Shown here: in pieces, positions 1-12,469 of the stretch
How positions within the stretch are numbered: the first letter of the stretch is position 1
Layout: the number at the start of each line of letters is the position of its first letter
Source: Octopus sinensis
Taxonomy: Eukaryota
NCBI RefSeq assembly: GCF_006345805.1
Contig: NC_043021.1
Coordinates: 6,572,001-6,636,000 of the forward strand
Reading direction: 5' to 3'
DNA length: 64,000 nucleotides
Notes under the pieces: model-generated
The model's input: the letters and a program-made list of their open reading frames with translations, nothing else
Told to the model about the DNA's origin: nothing
Database searches by the model: none
Position numbers and translations under genes: made by a program

Positions 1-1035
1 ACACACACACACACATACATACATACATACATACACACACACACTCACATACATACATACATACATACATACATATTGAGTTCAGTGTTAAGCTAAAATG
101 CACAACCATAATACGCTGAACTCTCTAAACTTTCCCATTCAATAAGGAAAAGTTCAGCTCCACTTCACGCGTGCGCATGCGAATACATGCACGCGCGCGT
201 ACACGCTATTTTGGTCCACATTCCTCTCTCTCTCTCTTTATAGTATGTATGTATATACACATAAGTATATATACACTCACACACATGGAAGACGGTGCCC
301 CCCAGCATGGCTGCAAGTCAAATGACTGAAACAAATAAAAGGTGTGTATGTGTGTAGATAAAGGCAAGTATATGTGCGTACAATATATTACTTATGTAAC
401 TCTCTGAACTATATATACACGCGCACTCACACAAGCATGCGGTGATGTAACTCTCTGTCTTTGAATAACTATGTATGTATGTATGTATGTATTTATGCGC
501 GCGTGTGTATGTGTGAGTGTGTGTGAGTGTGTGTGTGTGTATGTGTGTGTGAATGTTGAAGTAATATTTGCAGTGTTTAAAGTAGAGAGCAAGAAGAGAG
601 GTTATGAAAATGTCAAGAGCGAGGGAAGAGCATGAAGTATAATGAGAGAGAAAAATAGAACGATAGAGAGAAAGAGAGAGAAAAATAGAAGGAGAACAAA
701 TAGAGTAAGGCCGAAATAGAGAGGGAAAACAGAGAGAAGGGCTGTAAGAGGAATAGGTAGAGAGAAAGAGATAGAGAAATAGTAGTTAGTGTGTGAGGGG
801 CATGAGCAAGCTTAGCTAAACTCCTCCCACTTTTCCCAGCAATGGCCTCAACAACAAATGTAGATATGATGTCACGTCACGTGGTTAGATCATCGAAAGG
901 GCAAGTTGGGAGATAAGATTTTCGAGGTATTTCTTTCGAGAAATATTTTTTCCTTGACTTGCTTTTGTTTTCATATACTTTTATTTCTTTCAAACCCAGC
1001 AATTTTTAATTTTTAATCTAAATATCTTAAACATA

Positions 1036-1437
1036 GGCGCAGGAGTGGCTGTGTGGTAAGCAGCTTGTTTACCAACCACATGGTTCCGGGTTCAGTCCCA
1101 TTGCGTGGCACCTTGGGCAAGTGTCTTCTACTATAGCCCCGGGCCGACCAAAGCCTTGTGAGTGGATTTGGTAGACGGAAACTGAAAGAAGCCCGTCGTA
1201 TATATGTATATATATATATATATATATATGCGTGTGTGTATTTGTGTGTGTCCCCCTAGCATTGCTTGACAACCGATGCTGGTGTGTTTATGTCCCCCGT
1301 AACTTAGCGGTTCGGCAAAAGAGAGACCGATAGAATAAGTACTGGGCTTACAAAAGAATAAGTCCCGGGGTCGAGTTGCTCGATTAAAGGCGGTGCTCCA
1401 GCATGGCCGCAGTCAAATGACTGAAACAAGTAAAAGA
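1036..1437 (+). mobile_element. SINE family A, full length (tRNA-derived head, CORE-like segment, central TA microsatellite, LINE-type 3' tail)
   Basis: A-box-like TGGCTGTGTGG, B-box-like GGTTCAGTCCC, CCTTGGGCAAGT segment, 3' end GGCGGTGCTCCAGCATGGCCGCAGTCAAATGACTGAAACAAGTAAAAGA; near-identical copies throughout the window. Confidence 0.92.
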
Positions 1438-1720
1438 ATCTGCACCTAAAAATTAAAATTTATTTATACTCGTGTATTTCTTACCATGTAAATCGAATTT
1501 AATGTAGGTTGGTTTTTCAATTATTTTTATAAACCACAGCCGCAGCTCCCCTCACGAAATTCTATTTCTTTTATAATAAAATTTAAATAATTTCCAGAAA
1601 ATAAAAAGGTTATTTTATTCGTTTATTTATTTCCGAAATATAAACACAAAAATAATAAAATATAAACAATATAAAAAGTGCAAATTGCTCCGAGTAGCTT
1701 TACAATCGTGCTCTCTCTCT

Positions 1721-1848
1721 CTCTCTCACACTCACATGTTTCCCCTCTTACAAGTCTCACTCTCTCTCACACTCACATGTTCCCCCTCTTACAAGTCTCA
1801 CTCTCTCACACTCACATGTTCCCCCTCTTACAAGTCTCACTCTCTCTC
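1721..1848. repeat. Minisatellite, ~39-41 bp unit x3
   Basis: CTCTCTCACACTCACATGTTCCCCCTCTTACAAGTCTCA repeated three times; explains the repetitive ORFs at 1678-1888. Confidence 0.9.
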
Positions 1849-2549
1849 AAATTCTTTTCTTTATTGTAACACTTTCTTTCTACTGTAATGCTTTCTCGCC
1901 TCCTCCCTATACTTTTTATAGTGTAACTCTTACTCTGTCTCTTTCCCCCTCTCTCTCTCATAGTATTAAATATTGTAACACTTGCTGTGTCTCTGTCTCT
2001 TTTATAATTGTAACTATTTCTTTCGCTTATACTCCCTTTATATTATAACTCTAACTCTATCTCTCTCTCTATCACACTTTATGTTGTATCTACTCTTCTT
2101 CACACTCCGTTTATATTCTTACTCTTACCCTTACTCCCTCTCATAGCTTTATTCTATTCCTCTTTCCCTCCCTCTTTCTCACATACTTCCCTTATATCAA
2201 ATCAATTTCCCCTCTCTGTCTTATTCTTATCCTTTCTCTTTCACACTCCCTCTATATTGTAACTATTTCTCTTCCTCACATTCTCTCCCTCCCACTGCTC
2301 TAGTCTATTACTCTTTTCACTCCCTCTCTCTCTTCCTCCCGTGCTTTCCTTACATTAAAACAACTCCTCTCTGTCTGATTCTCTTTCTCTCTCTTTCATA
2401 CACTCTCACACTCTGCATTGTAACTCTTACCCTCTCTCTCTCATACACTCTCATACTCTGCATTGTAACTCTTACCCTCTCTCTTTCCCTCTAGTCTATG
2501 TATCTTAATCGGTTTTTATTATTCGGATGTGTGTTAAGAGTGAGTGAGA

Positions 2550-3595
2550 GTGCGTGTCTTACGGTGCTCACTTCGCCCCTTCGCCTTATACCAAGCCTCC
2601 TCTTCCTCGTCCTCTCCTCCCTCCTCGTTCGATCCTCCGTTGTTCCAAGACACGACATGTTGCGTTGATAGAAATGGCTCGTCGGGACGAGCCAGTGTTT
2701 CGGTGATGTTTTAGTTGGTTTTTTTTTTTTGTAAAAAAAAATTTTTTTTTGTATCTTCCCAAACCATATAAAAACACAAAACACAACACAACATAAACCA
2801 AACAAAAAAACAAACATAAAAAAAAAAACTATGCGGACTAAAACTAATTAACTTGATGCTTTGAGAAAAAAAGACAACAAAAACAACAACAAACAAACAA
2901 AAAAAAAGATTATCGGATAAAAAAAAAACCAAAACAAACAACAACAAAAAAATTATTATTTTTTTTGTTGTTAAATGCATAATTCCGGGGGAAAAGAAGC
3001 AACTTACATGTCGATTATTGTATTATATAGAAGAGAGAAGAACACAAGTTAAAGAAGGAATATACCAAACTTAAAGCAGAAGCAGATCCATCCATCGCAT
3101 CCCCTTATATTCTATTATAATCTTTATAATAATCTTTCTTTGAGGATTCTTGTATTGCCCTGTTTGTGATTTGAGATCTCTCCCCCTCTTCCCAAGAAAG
3201 GATTCTATACATTATTAAATACGATCAAGGCCTACCTACGTGACGCATGTTATCTTATTGAGCCAAGGAAAAAGGACACAAGAGAGATTCCATATATATA
3301 TATATATATATAGCCACATATATATATAATATATGTATAGCACACAACACAACAGTTATTATGTATAACATAGAAGTTATAGACTAAAAAATCTTTTTGG
3401 TTGGTTGGCTGGTTTGATCGGCATCAACGTCACAACATCACATCGTCATCACCATCATCATTATCATCATCATCATCACCATTACCAACAGCAACAAACA
3501 GACAGATGTATCGCCCAGTATTTATTGTACTTTAGAGAGGTTTTTGGAGATTGCTTCTGCTTAGCTAAACTGTTAGCAGAGGCAGCCTAAACAAG
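2550..3595 (+). promoter_or_regulatory. Putative CpG-rich promoter and long non-coding first exon (5' UTR) of an unidentified gene
   Basis: Locally CpG-rich, TE-free stretch at 2555-2705 after a pyrimidine-rich upstream region; A-rich and (CAT)n-containing UTR-like sequence; ends at donor-like AAG|GTTAGT (GT at 3596). Inference only. Confidence 0.4.
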
Positions 3596-3622
3596 GTTAG
3601 TATATTTATATACACCCTCACA

Positions 3623-3672
<50 letters not shown>

Positions 3673-3686
3673 TACATATATACATT

Positions 3687-3765
<79 letters not shown>

Positions 3766-4257
3766 TGTATATATATATATGTATATATATAATGACAATT
3801 TAATAAATAAAACATATGCATATATACATACATATATGTACATACCTACATCTATATGTATATATACATGCATATATATATATATATACACATATATATA
3901 ATATCGTATGAAGCCCTTGTTCCTTTGTCTATTTCTCCCGGTGCTCATGCGATTTAGCTTCATGGCCCTTTCTCTCTCTGTTTCGCCGCCCCCTTTCTAT
4001 GCCTTTATTTCCCTTTTTCTCCCTAAAAAAAACAGGCATTATTTATTATAAAGACATTATTTATTATTATTGTTGTTGTTGTTGAATTTAATCCGGCATA
4101 TTTTGAGATTTGTGCGTGGAGTGTGTCTTGCTTAAAAGAAAGAAAAAAACCCCCAAAAAACAATACGTTTTTAGTTATATATCGGCAGCGTTGAATTATT
4201 TAAAATATATTTTGTGAGCGTGTATATCCCTCTGCCTGCCTGTCTCTCTCTATATAT

Positions 4258-4299
<42 letters not shown>

Positions 4300-4401
4300 G
4301 GCACTGTCATGCATAAAATTAATGAAGGGTAGAAATTGATATTTATCATTTAAAACCAGTGGTCTAGCATCTTAAAAAAAGAATCCGAAGATTAAAATAT
4401 T

Positions 4402-4633
4402 TATATATACCAATTAAGGACTGAACACGAAAAGTGGACAGTCAACATGCTAGATATAGACGTCAAATCGCCATTCTCCTCCACAAAAGATTATGTTCTC
4501 AAATCAAACTCAGCACAAAACCAGCTGAGTTTGATTTGAGAACATAATCTTTTGTGGAGAATGGCGATTTGACGTCTATATCTAGCATGTTGACTGTCCA
4601 CTTTTCGTGTTCAGTCCTTAATTGGTATATATA
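4402..4633. repeat. Near-perfect inverted repeat, ~110-bp arms, 9-nt loop
   Basis: 4402-4514 is the reverse complement of 4524-4633 apart from one 3-nt indel; flanked by TA repeats. Confidence 0.93.
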
Positions 4634-5225
4634 TACATATATATACATAGATTTCTATAACATAAAAGCCAAGAAAAATTGGCTATAAAATGTGTTCAGA
4701 GGTGTTTGCGTGTCTGATAATTGTGAATGTATTAAATGTATTATTAAACCGTCAGTAATTTCCTTTGGATATCTAATTCTGCTTTTCTGTGTGCCCTTTG
4801 AAAAAGAGGAGGACGTTGCGCTGTTTTGAATTAATTGCTTTTAATTGCTATTGAGAAGGAAGGCTGAGTTCGAATACTGGTTACAGCAGCTGTGTAGGGT
4901 TGGCGGGGGGGGGGGGGCAGGGCACCACCACCACATCGGGCGGTGAACTCTGTTGGATTTACCTGGCTTTGTGTTGTTCCGGACAGCTGGTCGCCTTCTT
5001 ACATACCTACCTACCTACCTACTTACCTTTCTCTCTCTTTCTGTCTATTTAACTCTCTCTCTCTCTCTCACCACCTCTCTCTCCTTCCACCCCGGCTGCC
5101 TTCACTGCCTTTAGCTCTTCCTACCCTCTTAATCTCCTTGCCTTTGGTACCACTCTCTCTCTCTCTCTCTCTCGCATCGCTCTCTTTTACTACTTTGCCG
5201 ATCAACGCATTCCTTCCTACACATC

Positions 5226-5262
<37 letters not shown>

Positions 5263-5921
5263 GTGTGTTATGGCAGCGTAATGTATAACATATGGATGAT
5301 ATTCCGTATAGTTAAGAGCTAGGTCGGTCGATCTGCTGAAATTGCAGGCTAATTTCCAAGCCATTTTCCCAATAGGAGAGGACTAGTTTGGTTATTAAGA
5401 CCCAGATACCCGTAACACGGACGGGATTAAGATCTGCTCAACCAAGGTTACCCAATGACTTGATGAGAAAGACACTCTCTTCCTCCTTCTCTCACTCGCT
5501 CTATATATGTGTGCGTATATATATACACATATATACATGCATGTGTATATACATACATATATAAACATTTAGGTACATATATATTTATACATATATATAT
5601 CTTACATATGTATATATGCATACCATATATATGTATATACATATATATATATATGTGTATATATATATATATATGCATATATGTATATATATATATATGT
5701 ACATATACATAGATATATACATATGCATATATATATATATATATATATATAATGCATATATATATATATAATGCATATATATATATATGTACATATACAT
5801 ATTCTTTTATTCTTTCTTTTACTTGTTTCAGTCATTTGACTGCGGCCATGCTGGAGCACCGCCTTTATAAAACGTAGCGACGAGCGAAATACCGCTAAGC
5901 ATTTCGTCCAGCGTGTTAATG

Positions 5922-5961
<40 letters not shown>

Positions 5962-6040
5962 ATATATTATAATATATACATGTGTGTATATGTACATATG
6001 TATTATATATATATATATATATGTACATATATATTCACAT

Positions 6041-6094
<54 letters not shown>

Positions 6095-6322
6095 TTGCAT
6101 GCATATTTGAGGAGCTGTATGTAGTATAGTTGTGCTTAGGAGTTCCATATTTCATTGCAAAAGATAACATTGGTATCATTCCATGCTTTTTAGAGCATAT
6201 TTTCTGCTTCACAAAACATAATAATAAATCTCACTTACTAAAAAGAAACGTGCAGCGTACGTATCGAAGAACGTTAACGTAAGGATTAATATTTTTCCCT
6301 GCTGTACTACTGATCACATATA

Positions 6323-6363
<41 letters not shown>

Positions 6364-6689
6364 TACACATTATGCATATATACGCACAGAAGCACACGCT
6401 AAGACACATTTGAGCACTACGTAGTTCCCCAGCTGTGCCAGGAGCTGTCACACATGTCATGCGTCACAGGCGGCGTATGGGCAAACACATACACACGCGC
6501 ATCTATACATGTGTGTGTGTGTGTGTACACATGTATATAATTCAACCTTGTGCACAAATATACGCATATACATGGCTATTGTATATAAGTACATATATTA
6601 TATAGAACACATTTTTGCCAATATATATCTTCGACAGATAATTAAAAAAAAATACTTGTGTGTACATATACGTTTATATAATGTCTGGA

Positions 6690-6732
<43 letters not shown>

Positions 6733-6945
6733 GTGTGTGAGTATATGTTTGTATATATATATGTGTTTGTGTATATGTGTGTATATATATGGGTGTATAT
6801 GTTTGTATATGTGTGTATATATATGTCTATATAAGTGTATATATATATATATATATATACATACACTATACATGTTATATATTCCTTATATGGATGAATG
6901 TATATGCATAAACGTTCTATACGTGTTTATATTCCTTCTGTCAAA

Positions 6946-6984
<39 letters not shown>

Positions 6985-6993
6985 CTATACATA

Positions 6994-7329
6994 GGCGCTA
7001 GAGTGGCTGTGTGGTAAATAGCTTGCTTACCAATAACATGGTTCCAGGTTCAGGTCTATTGTGTGGCATCTTGGGCAAGTGTCTTCTATAGCCTCGGGTT
7101 GACCAAAAGCCTGATGAGTGGATTTGGTAGACGGAAACTGAATGTATGTGTATATGTGTTTGACCCCTACCATCACATGACAACCAATGTTGGTGTGTTT
7201 ACATAGTTCAACAATACAGACCAATAGAATAAGTACAAGACTTACAAAGAATAAGTCCTGACGTCGATTTCTTGGCTAAAGGTGGTGCTCCATCATGGCC
7301 ACAGTCAAATGACTGAAACAAGTAAAAGA
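6994..7329 (+). mobile_element. SINE family A, degenerate with internal deletions
   Basis: Head and tail match 1036-1437. Confidence 0.85.
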
Positions 7330-7383
7330 ATACATAGATGTATTTATATGTATTCACTTTATATATATATTGCATGTGTGTGC

Positions 7384-7424
<41 letters not shown>

Positions 7425-7636
7425 CATATGTATGTGTTTATATATATGTATTGAATGTGTATGTGTGTGTGTTTATGGTATTTGTATAAAATATACATAA
7501 AATATATGTACATCCATGAAAAACACAAGTTTTTAGTGTGTCTGTATATGACCACGGTCAAATGGCAGAACCAAATAAAAGGATGTACACCCACACTCAT
7601 TTATCTATCCATAGATGTATTATATATATATATATA

Positions 7637-7970
7637 GGCGCAGGAGTGGCTGTGTGGTAAGTAGCTTGCTAACCAACCACATGGTTCCGGGTTCAGTCCC
7701 ACTGCGTGGCATCTTGGGCAGGTGTCTTCTGCTATAGCCCCGGGCCGACCAATGCCTTGTGAGTGGATTTGGTAAACGGAAACATATATATATATATGTA
7801 TGTGTGTGTGTTTGTGTATCTGTGTTTGTCCCTGTCACTTGGTGGTTCGGCAAAAGAGACCGATAGAATAAGTACTGGGCTTACAAAGAATAAGTCCCGG
7901 GGTCGATTTGCTCGACTAAAGGTGGTGCTCCAGCATGGCCACAGTCAAATGACTGAAACAAGTAAAAGAG
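7637..7970 (+). mobile_element. SINE family A, internally deleted, inserted in a TA repeat
   Basis: Head and tail match 1036-1437. Confidence 0.9.
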
Positions 7971-8043
<73 letters not shown>

Positions 8044-8610
8044 ATATATGTATATATATTCCTGTTTTTCTCACCTGATCAATGAACCTATTGAGTAAAT
8101 CAATCAATTACAAACCTATAATGGCTAGCAGAAACAGGTGTAAGTTAGATTTACTACAATAAAGGAATATATAATGATCGTTATTTATGCCTTCTCTTTA
8201 TCTATATATATAGAAAGAGAGAGGGAAAATAGAAGTTGAAAATGCACTGAGAATGGTTGAAATATCTTTTATTAATATATTTAAAGCCTTAACCGGTTTC
8301 AGTTTACACTGATTTTCAAAGAGTTCAAATAGAGAAACTTGTCTTATGTCACAACTATCTTGCTTCTGGCTTGTCTTTGAAGCTTGCCCTATTTTTATAG
8401 GGAGCTCATGGCTCAAACTAGTCTATGTTTTGAAGAGGATTTGATTGGTGGAGGATAGTCACATGACTATTCTTAGAAATTTATTCTTAGAAATCTCCAC
8501 TATGTCCATGTGTTATCAAGATCCAATGTTTGGTATTGTAAATTATATATATATATATGTGTGTCAAGTACACCAGCATCAAAATCAATGGAAACTGCAG
8601 TTGTGATCCC

Positions 8611-8990
8611 TGTGCCGGTGGCACGTAAAAAGCACCATCTGAACGTGGCCGATGCCAGTGCCGCCTAGACTGGCTTCCGTGCCGGTGGCACGTAAAAAGC
8701 ACCATCCGAATCGTGGCCGATGGCAGCGCCGCCTTGACTGGCTTCTGTGCCGGTGGCACGTAAAATGCACCAATCCGATCATGGCCGTTGCCAGCCTCCC
8801 CAGGCACCTGTGCCGGTGGCACGTAAAAAGCACCCACTACACTCACAGAGTGGTTGGTGTTAGGAAGGGCATCCAGCTGTAGAAACACTGCCGGATCAGA
8901 CTGGAGCCTGGTGCAGCCTTCTGGCTTCCCAGATCCCCGGTCGAACCGTCCAACCCATGCTAGCATGAAGAACGGACGTTAAATGATGAT
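8611..8990 (+). mobile_element. SINE/retroposon family C with internal 63-68 bp tandem units and (GAT)n tail
   Basis: Four GTGCCGGTGGCACGTAAAAAGCACC units, then GGAAGGGCATCCAGCTGTAGAAAC...GGACGTTAAATGATGAT; related copies at 59716, 35225, 16690, 15095, 36895, 46020(-), 48385(-). Confidence 0.85.
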
Positions 8991-9235
8991 GGTGTGTGTG
9001 TGTTTGTGACATATTTCAACTTTTAAAGGCAAATTCACTGAAGTTACCAAGGACAAAACATTCTCTCTTATAGTAGAAGGTGTAAAAACACAATATCTGC
9101 CTAGTGTCGCTCTCCGCTGTGTTCCTAGATGCAGTGTTTCTGCCACTTTAGCCTTCCTCAGTGGAAAATACCAAAGAGAGGTAATTCTGAGCAAATTTAA
9201 TGCTATAGCCTTAACTAAAACTCAAGTCAACAACA

Positions 9236-9634
9236 GACGCATGAGTGGCTGTGTGGTAAGTAGCTTGTCTACGAACCACATGGTTCCGGGTTCAGTCCCA
9301 CTGCGTGGCACCTTGGGCAAGTGTCTTCTACTATAGCCTCGGGCCAACCAAAGCCTTGTGAGTGGATTTGGTAGATGGAAACTGAAAGAAGCCCGTCGTA
9401 TATATATTATATATATATATGTGTGTGTGTGTGTTTGTCCCCTAGCATTGCTTGACAACCGATGCTGGTGTGTTTATGTCCCCGTTACTTAGCGGTTCGG
9501 CATAAAAAGAGACCGATATAATATGTACTGGGCTTACAAAAGAATAAGTCTCGGGGTTGAGTTGCTCGATTAAAGGCGGTGCTCCAGCATGGCCACAGCC
9601 AAATGACTGAAACAAGTAAAAGAGTAAAGAGTAA
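9236..9634 (+). mobile_element. SINE family A, full length
   Basis: Matches 1036-1437; (AGAGTAA)n tail. Confidence 0.9.
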
Positions 9635-9727
9635 CATTGACTGAGCTATGCTGTTTGACCTTCTAAAGTATCCGGTTCTCATACTGTTGAATATATATAT
9701 ATATACACACACACACATGTATACACA

Positions 9728-10517
9728 CAGGGTGCAGTGAATATATTGTTGTCTAAATTATGCAAAAATGAAAATAACACTGACACCTCATTTTAACAGA
9801 TATATTTACCAAACTTACATGAAAATATCTTGAAATACTAATGAGTAAATTTATTCAATAAAATCCCCTTTGGCTTCACCACAGCCTCCAGACAACTTTG
9901 GAATCTCTTGCAACTCTTCTTGATGGTCTCCTTGTTTAAATTGGTGAATGCTGCCATAATCCTTGCTTTCGTCTTTGATGTTACAAGGAGTTTTGTTGGT
10001 CTCTCGCTCAACTGTGCCCCACACATAATAATCATGATAGTGCTTTCCTGCTTCTGTGGCATGGTGCAGAGACCCGTTGCCAGACATAGAGTCTTCTTAG
10101 CAGCCACCCTCTTGACCCAGGGTAGCACTACTTCCTCCAGGCACTTGATATAGGCCTCTGCGTTGAATCTGAGGCCGTGTGAGAAGATGAATGAAGGCAT
10201 AACGTCACCATCACTAGTGATCACTCCAAACACCATGATGTTGACTGGATGTTTGATTTTTTTATCACTCTCAATACTTGTTTTGGAGACACAGCAAGCC
10301 AACAGTTCTGTGTGTTCACCATCTGTTCATATCCGTGCTTCTAGTGCAAATACCAAGCAGTACAGCATATTGTTTCCAAATTTCTGGCAGTAAATTATGT
10401 CACAGACGGTGCTCAACTGACCCTACTATACTGTGTAATTGACAAAATTAAAAACAAACAATGCGCATGCACAAAATAAAAAATATAAAATGGCAACAAT
10501 TTACCCATCATGCCCTG
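9728..10517 (-). pseudogene. Internally deleted Tc1/mariner-superfamily transposon with frameshifted transposase (probably DD37D/maT-like)
   Basis: ORFs 9838-10302 and 9851-10087 give KHPVNIMVFGVITSDGDVMP..YIKCLEEVVLPW, DYYVWGTVERETN and FQSCLEAVV/EAKGDFIE; degenerate TIRs CAGGG...CCCTG with TA at the right end. Confidence 0.85.
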
Positions 10518-10751
10518 TATGTATATATGTGTGTGTGTGTATGTTAGTGTATTATATATGTGTGTGCGTATTATTTATTTAAAGAGCACAATATATGTAT
10601 TTAGGTGCTACTAGTAGTTTCATATGTTGAGAAATACTCAAGCATATTCTTCAGGTGCAAACAACATATAATATTTATCTCTCTCCAGATGGAGTACTGT
10701 TTTTGTTGAATTTTCTGTCAGGGGAACAGTACATTTTATATATATATATAT

Positions 10752-10922
10752 AAGTTAATCCAAACAGGAAAACACAAAAAGAAAGCACAACAACGCGAGG
10801 ACGTGGAACAAGTATAGTGTTATTGGACGATCAGAAAAGGAAGGAAAGAAGGAGGATTTTAACGTTTCGAGCGGAGCTCTTCGTCAGAAACATAGGAAAA
10901 GGGAAGATTCAAGGAAGGGAAG
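10752..10922 (-). mobile_element. Penelope-like/retrozyme terminal fragment carrying a minimal hammerhead
   Basis: Reverse complement of 38650-38820; ends in a TA repeat at the same point. Confidence 0.75.
10858..10890 (-). ncRNA. Minimal type I hammerhead ribozyme motif
   Basis: Minus strand reads TTT CTGACGA A GAGC TCC GCTC GAAA CGTT AAA: core boxes, 4-bp stem II, palindromic ACGT stem III. Confidence 0.7.
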
Positions 10923-11175
10923 CTTGGTCTTTAGCTTCATGGTTTCACTTGAATTCGAATGTTTTTGGGGAGCTTTTGAGCAGTGTCTTTCAGAGTCGTT
11001 ACCTACCTACGTGATTGTGAATTGGAAGTTAGGGGATGGGAATATGTGCCGAAGCTCATTGTGTGTTTGTTTTCTTTTATGTCCCTTAAGTTTGTTGTTC
11101 TACAAAAAAAAGGAGAAGGAAAAACAGATCAATAAAGTAAACAGCAGGCTTGAATAAACACTAGTAGGGCTGTGT

Positions 11176-11227
11176 TGGGACATAAGTTCCGAGCTGAACT
11201 GAATCGTTGAAAGCTCTTCCTCAGCCA
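11176..11227 (-). ncRNA. Degenerate type I hammerhead motif (GAAA changed to GGAA)
   Basis: Minus strand reads TGG CTGAGGA A GAGCT..AGCTC GGAAC TTAT GTC CCA: stems I, II and III all pair, with one core mutation. Confidence 0.55.
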
Positions 11228-11866
11228 GACTAGCACTTCATTGACCGAGACCAGTAAACTAACCGGATGTACAGGGTGTGTGTGTGTATGTATGTGTGTT
11301 GTAATGATTAACCACCTGACAAACAAGACATTATCTGGCCAATATATAAGTTGGTGTAACGTTAGTTAGTATGTAGGTGATGACGAAGTTGAATGCCATC
11401 CCCACTTCTGTTGAAAACTGTGTTTTCTCTCGCCATGAGAAGAAAACAACCCTGTCTTGTTTGCATGTCTCCTATCTGAAAAAGCTTTCAGAACAGCCGT
11501 GAATGTGAAGTAGAGTTATAAATAAATGTCAAAACTGTGACGTAGATAAGACACCTTGTTTTAGTGGAGTCCTCATTAGCATTGCTGCTAGCTGGACTCG
11601 TTTTGTAAGGTTGCTTAGTTGATACAGTATCTTATATCAACTACGTATCAACTATTTCTCACCGGCTCTGTCTGTCTTTCTGGCTTTCTTGCTCCTTGTC
11701 TCTCAGCACCCCTGTCTTTCTTCACCATCTCTCCCAGTTCACACTCTCTATTGCCTATATATCTGAGCAATGGAAAGCTAAGGTCATTTGGGTACACCGC
11801 TTTTAATAATTTAATATCATACATACTTATATACCATCTCTTTCCCAAAATATATACTCTCTCTCT

Positions 11867-11899
<33 letters not shown>

Positions 11900-12018
11900 G
11901 TACACATATTTTCAATGCATATGTGTGTGTATATATATCATTATAATCAAGGATAAAATCTGTATAGGATTTTATTAAGTAGCTAGCATGTAATAAGCAG
12001 TAGTTGCCCTTATTACAA

Positions 12019-12384
12019 TTACTCTTTACTCATTTCAGTCATTTGACTGTGGCCATGCTGGAGCACCGCCTTTAATTGAGCATATCGACCCCAGGACTTA
12101 TTCTTTGTAAGCCTAGTACTGATCCTATCAGTATCTTTTGCCGAACCACTAAGTTACGGGGACGTAAACACACCAGCATCGTTTGTTAAGCGATGTTGGG
12201 GGGGACAAACACAGACACACAAACATATATATATATATATACTACGGGTTCTTTCAGTTTCCGTCTACCAAATCCATTCACATGGCTTTGGTTGTCCCGA
12301 GGCTATAGTAGAAGACACACGCAGTGGGACTGAATCCGGAACCACATGGTTGGTAAGCAAGCTACTTACCACACAGCCACTCCT
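12019..12384 (-). mobile_element. SINE family A
   Basis: Reverse complement of the family consensus. Confidence 0.9.
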
Positions 12385-12469
12385 CAATATGTATATGTAC
12401 ATGTATATGTGTGTGTATATGTATATATATTTATATACATAATGTATATATGTATGTGTATATACACAC

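Noticed and set aside
1036-1110. tRNA gene
   Set aside because: A and B boxes are present but there is no complete cloverleaf; it is the SINE head
1069-1272. Recurring small ORF family (MSSNARG...EDTCPRCHAVGLNPEPCGW)
   Set aside because: Antisense translation of SINE A, not a gene family
3405-3590. Poly-His ORF
   Set aside because: (CAT)n microsatellite in UTR-like sequence with a non-ATG start
8611-8834. CRISPR-like array (25-bp repeat with ~40-bp spacers)
   Set aside because: The spacers are homologous to each other, the array is part of a dispersed SINE, there are no cas genes, and the DNA is eukaryotic
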